Of a stretch of DNA of 54,339 nucleotides, positions 49,501-54,339 are shown piece by piece (the first letter of the stretch is position 1; each line of letters starts with the position of its first letter). The notes under the pieces were generated by a model. That model was not told the DNA's origin. It searched no databases and was given only the letters and a program-made list of their open reading frames with translations. The stretch is from an uncultured Verrucomicrobiales bacterium. Its GTDB lineage: Bacteria > Verrucomicrobiota > Verrucomicrobiia > Verrucomicrobiales > DEV007. A program made the translations under genes and the position numbers. The DNA is taken from NCBI GenBank assembly GCA_938091905.1, contig CALKOM010000052.1, positions 1 through 54,339 of the forward strand. The letters are read 5' to 3'.

Positions 49501-51423
49501 GGTGGAGATGTGCTCTCCATGGATCACGTTCAACGGGCTCATGCTAAAGTCACTGGCAAGCTCATCAACGGCTACGGTCCGACAGAGAATACGACCTTCA
49601 CGTGCTGCCACACGATCACCGGAGTAGATCTCACCAAGTCATCGGTGCCCATCGGAAAACCCATTGCAAACACGACCTGCTATATCCTGGATCCTAACGA
49701 ACAGCTCGTTCCTGTAGGGATCTGGGGAGAACTCTACATTGGAGGTTGTGGGTTAGCCACAGGGTATCTCAATAGCCCTGAACTCACTGACGAGAAATTT
49801 TTGGCTGATCCATTCTCGTGCGAACCCAACGCCAAACTTTATCGCACGGGCGACCGGTGTCGTTGGAGAGCCGACGGCACGATCGAGTTCAGTGGCCGGT
49901 TGGATAAACAGATCAAGATTCGTGGATTCAGGATAGAGCCTGGCGAGGTAGAGACGGCGCTGAATGCGCTCCCCGGCATCGCCCAAAGCTGTGTGACGAC
50001 ACAAGGCCGTAACGCAGGTGATCGCGTGTTGGTTGCCTACGTCGTTCCATCGGAAGGACAGTTTCTCGATACCGCGGAGGTAAAAGGCGTGCTTGCTGAC
50101 CGTCTTCCTGCGCACCTAGTGCCATCCTCGTTGATGGCGCTGGACGCTTTACCGGTGACTGCAAACGGCAAGGTCGATCTTCGTGCCCTGCCTGCCATCC
50201 AAAGTACTCAAACAGTTGCAGAGACTCTAGAAGTGCCTTCCACAGAGTCGGAGAAGCGTTTAGCTCTTCTCTGGGAAGAACTGTTAGACTGTAAAGGCAT
50301 CGGCCTGGACGACAATTTCTTTGATATTGGTGGGCATTCGTTAGTTGGGCTTCGTCTTTTTACGCGTATTCAAAGCGAGTTTGGTGCGAAGCTCCCTTTA
50401 GGCACTCTCTTTGAGGCGCCTACGGTGCGTTCCTTGGCATCCCTGATTGAAAGGGAAGAGGCTGTCTTGAGCCCTCTTGAGGTTGCTTCACCGAATGGCA
50501 AGACAAACGGTGATGGGCCTCATACGAATGGAAAGAGCCCTACGAATGGAAACAGTCTTGCCGCCAGCGACATGTTGCTGGATGTGAAACCGATTGCTGC
50601 CCGAGCTTCATCCGTCACGACAATTCAAGAAGGTTCATCGGACGTGACGCCCATCTTTGCGATTCATGGAGGCGACGGAGGCATCCTGTTCTACCGGGAG
50701 CTGGTGCGTTGGTTGCCAAAAGAGACACCGCTATATGCCATCGAAGCTCCCATGTTGATGGATTCCTCTAAGATCTCGGATCAGTCTAACATTAAAGAAA
50801 TTGCAGACGAGTATCTTGCCAAAGTCGAAAGTGTGAGGCGAGAAGGCCCCTACAGCCTTTGCGGCTATTCGTTTGGCGGTGTGGTGTCGTATGAAATGGC
50901 TCAGCGTCTCTATTCCAGAAACATTGAGGTGGAAAAACTTATCCTTTTTGACACCCCCAATCCTGCCCAAGAGCTGGAGAACAAATACTCGTTGTCTCAG
51001 CGAGCGCAGGTGAACTGGGAGTTTCTTGGTGAAGAGAAGGTGGGCAAACGCATTGGCACCATCGCCAAGCGAGCAAGCAAAGGCGTAGTTAGTAAACTAA
51101 AGCATCGTCGGGAAGTGAAACACGCCATGACCTGCCTAGAGAATGGCACGCCGGTTTCGGATTATGTTAGACTTATTCAAATTCGTGAGGTCCACACGAG
51201 GATGATCGAGCGTTATGTGCCCATCCCGTACGCTGGCAAGATGACACTCCTCCGCGCCACAGGTCCCAATGACTACTGCTACTATAGCCCGCAGTTAGGA
51301 TGGGAAGGCCTCGTCGAGGGCGGCATCCAAGTCGTGGAAACACCCGGCACGCATCTCGAAATCTTTGATCAGCCCTACGTGGGTTCGCTTGGCGAGCGAA
51401 TGAAAGAGATCCTAATTTCCTAG
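40555..51423 (+). CDS. Hybrid FkbH-ACP-KS-AT-ACP-aminotransferase-C-A-PCP-TE PKS/NRPS megasynthase (3622 aa)
   Basis: FkbH DADNTLW (41104), SKND, FIDD, SCRALG; ACP GGKSL (Ser 42382); KS TACSTS, EAHGTGT, NIGHL; AT GHSVG, HGFHS; ACP GFDSL (45403); class III aminotransferase FDEVITGFR, TYGKVIGGG; C HHLVCDG (47761); A YTSGSTGNPKG, NGYGPTE, YRTGD, NGKVD; PCP GGHSL; TE GYSFG (50863). Confidence 0.95.
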   Translation: MRIQVTASFTAEPLEQPLVFLLEALGHRPQVVFSPFNQVVQQVLDPRSDVRTATEAHQVFLIRPRDLAHDNPSESLRAFEQALEEYGGRLGRSNLVLFCPHPEKGATGADLEASASARLSALGNVVVGNEELLDLLGTHETFDREAEEAGNVPFTDEGFAALAICIARQLHAWSSPSRKLLVTDADNTLWRGVLGEDGLDGIVIDEPARVLQAFLQTQRKRGFLLALSSKNDAGDVTKVLEEHPGMLLRDDDFVAQKINWEPKSTNIRELCQELGLGMDSVVFIDDNAAETAEVTAGCPGVLAITLPEDRGEIESMLTQSWAFDLGSPRTEEDERRTELYAAQASRESLQQESDSFAAFLEGLQLEVDLSVVTSKERDRVAQLSTRTNQFNACKSPFQAHELAERQAHGAIAHRVAASDRFGQYGVVGAMISESTDRALKVSAFFLSCRALGKGVERHMIRQLGQQALEASLGKIEVAFNDAERNGVCRAFFEEAGAIERDGMFILDAQASADLELIPTSDSSLASNPLPVSRVSVTTWNDVQHVITQWADPGRLADHLAATRSPRPDLSEPVVGPKTPLEKRLLELWEAVLGLEGLGVEDRFSALGGKSLHLVRLHARLVRDFKADISLTDLFELPTVRSLAQRLEGETQSSRIPISTSEREPSEPIAIVGMAVRAPGANSVEEFWANLRDGERTLHSFTDEELASAGVDVAEVRQDPKYVPVKGCLDKLQEFDAAFFGILPKEAKHMDPQQRIFLELAWEALERGGYDPDTYAGKVGLWAGSYLDTYVIANLLTDKAFHAQWIPSIQVGSLQTELGNDKDYLATRVSFKLNLRGPSMTVQTACSTSMVAIAQAIQSLRAGESDMAMAGGVTITLPEKKGYYYTENGMLSKDGRVCTFSDEASGTVFGNGAGIVVLKRLADAQRDGDHIHAVIRGAALNNDGGVKHSYTAPSVDGQVEVIMMAQQDAGVEPETISYIEAHGTGTPLGDPIEVAALTKCFRQQTDAKSFCTLGSLKPNIGHLDVASGVCGVIKTALSLEHGQIPPLLHYERPNPKINFETSPFRVQTSLTDWVSDNGPRRAGVSSFGVGGTNGHIVLEEAPTQVERSFSKRPAQLFLMAARTESARDEVASRLAKVSADTNFADAAFTTAIGRRAFAKRRICVAGNWESLSERLSGGKVQDGSPASAADPLNFMFPGQGAQHVGMACELYECEPVFRDHIDFCATYLEEQIGADLRDVLYPEVADEAATNRLKETAFAQPAIFVIETGLAKLWQSWGILPAAMIGHSVGEFAAACIADVFSLKEGLTILATRGKLMGDLPGGAMLSVRLSEDAIQSYVGDADLAAVNGKDLCVLAGSNDMIAAVEARLESDGVTVKHLHTSHGFHSRMMDPVIDPFAAEISKATLRKPEIPIFSTVTGDWLTEADACDPDYWARHLRQPVRFFESIRTLAATQENQTFVEVGPGQTLATLGRQSVGGEGGHGFHASSAPASGGASDYEQLLTTLGRLWLNGADVDWQSYYAIETHRRVVLPPYPFERKRHWVDPTPMTADPNISLALPETNPVPVATTTTTPVIMPTTPPRRDRLAAKMRESLSELSDIPEEELDGDASFLELGFDSLLLTQVSKAFQDDFGTKVTMRQLIDELPSIDAMVDHLDATLDPSAFAPEESPVSAAEAAPAVPAATVTQMAAPALVPTAVMPAAPMSAPTMPAVSADSGLLGTVINQQMTLMQQQLLLLQGGVSAHATAPSPMAAPASAAPIVQELASAPTPTPEPKKDAPTQAAYGPYKPINRIRDEGLSNEQKAFILDLTKRYNAKTAGSKERTQKYRHCFADPRTANGFNRLWKDMCYQIVVEKAKGPRLTDIDGNDYIDIVNGFGPGFLGHSPDFVTEALKDQLDKTIAVGPQSEFAGETAELVCKLVDAERVCFVNTGSEAVQGAMRLARTVTGKDKVVVFSKDYHGNFDEVLVRGANKKGKIKSLPIAPGIPRSAVDEIIVLDYGTDEALQTIGEIAGDIAAVMIEPMQSRRPEFQPVEFVKEVRKITEDAGCLFIFDEVITGFRTGPGGAQDYYGVKADLATYGKVIGGGMPVGLVAGKAEFMDTFDGGQWQYGDDSFPEKPVTFFAGTFVRHPLTIAAVNVMAKFFLDQPQSYWDEVYAKAARLAGTIDQFFADEGIGIRMVQFSSQMFVRVSDEEKYGGLLFCQLREKGVFILEGLPCYLTTSHTDEDIDFVINAVKEAVAEMRQGGFFGGPDGGGDCLGKPLGAQCQTEAALAKAPVTAAQQEIWLASLLKPEASCAFNEATTLHMRGRANRGHLQAALNEVVARHDALRATFSEDGTTMQFAERLTVDLPQYDLTDVDAETRKAKLDVFRREEAMNTFDLVNGPLIRGFVVELGETESILFLTAHHLVCDGWSYNVLLEELSELYSAKVRGERPSLKPAPAFGRYAMTKAAMNGNDDAMAFWENIYTSPPEPLALPTDRPIVKTDSFTGDTERHVLSKDVFKALKRIGAKQKCTAYQTLLGTFEVFLAKLTGQNDFGVGTPAAGQTLEEDDGIVGHCVNFLPMRARVNQKESFNEHLGGVRQRVLEAFEHQDFTYGELLPKLNLPRQAGRKPLVEVQFNVERTDYHDEFEGLETTFDAVSKRFVNFPLFFNIIDSREGLVIDCDYKTELFDPETIQRWFAHFETLITNLSESPEQALAEVSLVSLHQSKLLLEKFNNTARDLSSAPLGACVHELFERQVAANSKAIALRRGDDTLSYGALNTRANQFAHRLVEMGVKPGTLVGVLVPRSFDLVAALLGILKAGGAYVPIDPNYPAERIDYMLEDSKAPVLISSEIENFEGTQVLHPDSLDSGSMVENIGTKACSEDLAYVIYTSGSTGNPKGSMIPHRGIVRLVKNTNYAEFTEEDVFLQAAAISFDASTMELWGPLLNGGSLVLPPPGIPSLEDIGDLIKKHGVTTLWLTSGLFQLMVDEHLDALVGVKQVLAGGDVLSMDHVQRAHAKVTGKLINGYGPTENTTFTCCHTITGVDLTKSSVPIGKPIANTTCYILDPNEQLVPVGIWGELYIGGCGLATGYLNSPELTDEKFLADPFSCEPNAKLYRTGDRCRWRADGTIEFSGRLDKQIKIRGFRIEPGEVETALNALPGIAQSCVTTQGRNAGDRVLVAYVVPSEGQFLDTAEVKGVLADRLPAHLVPSSLMALDALPVTANGKVDLRALPAIQSTQTVAETLEVPSTESEKRLALLWEELLDCKGIGLDDNFFDIGGHSLVGLRLFTRIQSEFGAKLPLGTLFEAPTVRSLASLIEREEAVLSPLEVASPNGKTNGDGPHTNGKSPTNGNSLAASDMLLDVKPIAARASSVTTIQEGSSDVTPIFAIHGGDGGILFYRELVRWLPKETPLYAIEAPMLMDSSKISDQSNIKEIADEYLAKVESVRREGPYSLCGYSFGGVVSYEMAQRLYSRNIEVEKLILFDTPNPAQELENKYSLSQRAQVNWEFLGEEKVGKRIGTIAKRASKGVVSKLKHRREVKHAMTCLENGTPVSDYVRLIQIREVHTRMIERYVPIPYAGKMTLLRATGPNDYCYYSPQLGWEGLVEGGIQVVETPGTHLEIFDQPYVGSLGERMKEILIS

Positions 51424-51430
51424 AAGTCGC

Positions 51431-52201
51431 TTAGGCGGACTCGGTTGGTCCCATGGACTTGCCACCGGATTCTTCCTTGGGGCTCTCTGAAGAACCGCCG
51501 TCGCTGTTGCCACCATCACTCTCGATGATCAAGCCCTCCTTCGCTGCGAAGTCTGCCAAGGCCTGATCCTCCATTGCGGTCTGTTCCAACTCTAATTCGG
51601 CAATCTCGGTCGTATCAATACTATCCTTGGCCACGCGATTGCGGCCACGAGCTTTAGAGCGCTCATCTTCAACCATTTCTTGCAGGCGGTTGAGAGTGTC
51701 ACCGGACCCGCCAATTTCGTTAACCATGCCAGCGGCCATCTCGTTGAGCTCGGCCATGGCTCCCTGGACCTTCATGTCATCGATGCCGCGGCGTAGCTCC
51801 TCAATCTTTCCACGCGCTTCTTTGATGGAGACATCCCGGGCATTCATGAGTTCGCGATAGGTTTTCTCTGCCTCTTCTAGTTGAGAGGTGTTCTCGTCCA
51901 ACTCGCCTGTGATGGTCTGGAGGCGCATGGCAAATTGTCCGGCCATCTTCTTGTTTCCGGCCTTAAGGTGCGCCGTGGTCTTTGCGCGCAGTTCCGCTTG
52001 TTCAGTCTCTTGCTTCTTCACCTGCACCATGAGGCGCTCGCAAAGCCCGGCATGAGCGGCGAGTCCCTGATTGAACTTCACGATATTCTTCCGGAGGTTC
52101 TCCTTTTCCACTTCTAAAAGAGCTTCTGGATTACGCTTCTCCAAGCCGCCTACGAAGAGGCCGAAGAATCCTTTAATGAGATTGCCGAGACGTTTAAACA
52201 T
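51431..52201 (-). CDS. PspA/IM30 family protein
   Basis: Amphipathic MFKRLGNLIKGFF, E.RNPEALLE, helical coiled coil, acidic tail; about 256 aa. Confidence 0.85.
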   Translation of the reverse strand: MFKRLGNLIKGFFGLFVGGLEKRNPEALLEVEKENLRKNIVKFNQGLAAHAGLCERLMVQVKKQETEQAELRAKTTAHLKAGNKKMAGQFAMRLQTITGELDENTSQLEEAEKTYRELMNARDVSIKEARGKIEELRRGIDDMKVQGAMAELNEMAAGMVNEIGGSGDTLNRLQEMVEDERSKARGRNRVAKDSIDTTEIAELELEQTAMEDQALADFAAKEGLIIESDGGNSDGGSSESPKEESGGKSMGPTESA

Positions 52202-52274
52202 AAGTATGATCTAACGATTTTTCGCGAGTATGGGGGCGCGGCGGAGGGTTCTCAAGGGTGAAAGCAGCTCGAAG

Positions 52275-52303
52275 TTGTAATCGACAACCTTCCTACTTAC
52301 GCT
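52275..52303 (+). promoter_or_regulatory. Candidate sigma70-type promoter for a near-leaderless UDG transcript
   Basis: TTGTAA (52275)-17 nt-TACGCT (52298), then 6 nt to the ATG at 52310; no Shine-Dalgarno. Confidence 0.45.
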
Positions 52304-52309
52304 CTCGCC

Positions 52310-53245
52310 ATGGCTGATGTCCCCCTCGCTACACAACACTTGCTCCGCTACCTGAAGCATCGGCAGGATGAGGGGGTGAAACGTGCTTTCCTCACGGATG
52401 AAGCCAAGACCGGGCTCCGTGCGGTCTACTTTCACGCGCGCCAACCCCGGGAAACGGTAGTTCCTGCCCCGGCACCCCAGCACCAGCAGCCGGTCCAGGA
52501 AGAGAAAGCGACGACCACAAAGGAGCCGGTGCCCCAAGAGCAGTCAGCTGCCACGGACGATGGAGTCACCTATCCAAAGATCACAGTGGCGGAGGTGCGG
52601 ACAAGTATCACCCCGAGTGGTGTCGGAAAAGCCGCTCAGCTCGCCGACCTCAAAGCTCGCATCGCTGAAGACAACGAAGCGCGCACGGTCGATCTCCGAG
52701 ACACCATGGTCTTCTCCACCGGCAGCCTCGATCCCGAGATCATGTTCATTGGTGAGGCCCCCGGTAGTGAGGAAGAACGGCAACAGGAACCGTTCGTTGG
52801 ACCAGCAGGTAAACTCCTGACCAAGATCATCCAAGCCATGGGTTTGCAGCGAGAAATGGTCTATATTTCTAACATCGTTAAATATCGTCCTGGTATGCCT
52901 AACCAAGGTACACGGAATAGAAAGCCAACGAACGATGAAATGCACGCCTGCCTCCCGTATATAATGGCAGAGACCGCCATTGTTAGGCCCAAGGTCATCG
53001 TTGCTTTAGGAGGCACGGCGCTCGAAGGCCTCACTGGCGAGAAAATGCCCATCGGCCGTGCCCGCGATCAGGTCCGTTGCTGGAATGGCATCCCTTTCGT
53101 TGTAACCTACCACCCGTCTTATCTTTTGAGAAACGACGACATTGCCGAAAAACGCAAAGTATGGGAAGACATGATGTTAGTAATGGAAGTGTTGCAAATG
53201 CCTATCTCGGATAAACAACGCGGCTTCTTCTCGAAGAAGCGATAG
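52310..53245 (+). CDS. Family-4 uracil-DNA glycosylase
   Basis: [10 protein letters not shown]....[43 protein letters not shown]. Confidence 0.92.
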   Translation: MADVPLATQHLLRYLKHRQDEGVKRAFLTDEAKTGLRAVYFHARQPRETVVPAPAPQHQQPVQEEKATTTKEPVPQEQSAATDDGVTYPKITVAEVRTSITPSGVGKAAQLADLKARIAEDNEARTVDLRDTMVFSTGSLDPEIMFIGEAPGSEEERQQEPFVGPAGKLLTKIIQAMGLQREMVYISNIVKYRPGMPNQGTRNRKPTNDEMHACLPYIMAETAIVRPKVIVALGGTALEGLTGEKMPIGRARDQVRCWNGIPFVVTYHPSYLLRNDDIAEKRKVWEDMMLVMEVLQMPISDKQRGFFSKKR

Positions 53246-54225
53246 GATTCTACATCGAAGTTGGATGCGTGAGCCTCCAGACCTTCAGAGAGAGTTAGTC
53301 ACCTGCACCGAAGAGTTCAGCCTCGTCCACCACAAAGTCACTCAACGCTGTTGGTATTGCGGATTGATCTCCCGTTTGAAGGCCGACTTCAGGAGCGAGG
53401 CAACGGTTGCTAGAATCAGGCGCTTTTGGAGTGGGTTCACCTCCAAAGGCGGCCCATACTTGGCGAGTAGTCGCCATTTCGTTCTTAACAGACCTAGCGT
53501 GTTGGCGACAGACCCGGGCCATGTCGATGCCCACGTCAGGTTGCAATCTTCCAAGGTGAAGATAATACCGCAAGATGAGCGTTTGCCCGGCAAGTAAGTC
53601 TTTGAAGAGCAAACTTCGTCTCCGATGCTCAGAATATCTTGGGAGAGACTCGAACAAGGGGTGGTGCCGGCCGTAACCCCGCTTATCGATCAGTGTCGGA
53701 CGCAGGAAATGGGGTTCATCTTGCCATCGGAGGAGTTCTTCCAACCTTAGTGCTTTAGATTTCAAGGTGGTTTCGAAAACTCCTTTGATGAGCTGATCTC
53801 TAACGATGAACGTCGCGGCTCGCGAACTCCACAACTCTTCTCGGGCTAGAAGGCACAAACGCCGCAATAACCGGCGAACAACTTGGCTATGCTGGATGGG
53901 TTGCATGAGGTGTGATTAGTATATGAGTTATGTTTGGAGGCTAGCGCAGCTTCATTGCCAAGAAATGCTGCAATGCAGCTTGCTCCCCAAAAAGCTATCT
54001 ATACCCCGCAATAGCGCTGCTGCCCTCTGACTAAACCGTAGGTAACAAGGGATTAACCCCCTGGACTTGGAAGAGTTGCTGTTTGAAATCACCCACTCTC
54101 TCTACACGGAAAGGTACAAGCTTCCCACTAGGTAGGAAACCCTTACAGGGCCGATGTTGGTAAATCAAACCTTCAGCCGAATGACGGCGCTTTCATCACT
54201 TCTTCTCAATCCCGATTCTTCGGAA

Positions 54226-54339
54226 TCACTGTGGCATGGGGACCTTGATCGCTTCGTACCACGGGGAGAATGCCAGGTCGTGGGCTTTGGCCACGGCTTC
54301 GTAGGTGCACTCGCCTTTGAAGACATTGAGCCCTGAAGC
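54226..54339 (-). CDS. ald: 3' end of alanine dehydrogenase (partial; absent from the ORF track)
   Basis: The minus strand from the edge reads ASGLNVFKGECTYEAVAKAHDLAFSPWYEAIKVPMPQ*, matching the GLNVxxGxxTxxAVA C-terminal motif of Ald. Confidence 0.7.
   Translation of the reverse strand, partial: ASGLNVFKGECTYEAVAKAHDLAFSPWYEAIKVPMPQ

Noticed and set aside
53295..53906. 203-aa minus-strand ORF, with an overlapping 83-aa frame
   Set aside because: No recognisable motif and competing frames. It may be a decayed remnant or an orphan gene; I cannot support a call without a homology search.
54154..54336. 60-aa plus-strand ORF, and the many other short ORFs nested within or antisense to long genes
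   Set aside because: Shadow frames of well-supported genes; this one is antisense to the ald 3' end.

Overview
Bacterial chromosome segment, most likely from a Verrucomicrobiota (PVC) genome, judged from the DUF1553/DUF1501 pair, a PEP-CTERM protein, a DUF6797-like cytochrome-propeller protein and W-DP-AA-W helical repeats. Most genes are housekeeping or envelope genes: trkH, rluD, rsmE-dnaJ-grpE, pssA, lptD, a UDP-glucuronate decarboxylase, a PspA family protein, a family-4 UDG, and the 3' end of ald at the right edge. The standout is a solitary 10.9-kb megasynthase (40555-51423) with the domain order FkbH-ACP-KS-AT-ACP-aminotransferase-C-A-PCP-TE. All catalytic motifs I could check are intact and no tailoring genes flank it. 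It looks like a one-gene assembly line for a glycerate-primed, beta-aminated hybrid, provisionally a 3-amino-2,3-dideoxypentonoyl-Val-like product. Other oddities: an MTH1-type NUDIX hydrolase fused in frame to ScpB; a signal-peptide ThuA-methyltransferase fusion coupled to an APC permease; a divergent FHA-adenylate cyclase / cNMP-binding / DUF3307-like module; a heavily decayed DUF3160 pseudogene; a family-4 UDG lacking its Fe-S cysteines; and recurrent -10 boxes directly before start codons, suggesting leaderless mRNAs. No rRNA, tRNA, CRISPR array or IS element was seen. All family calls come from motif recognition by eye; no searches were run.
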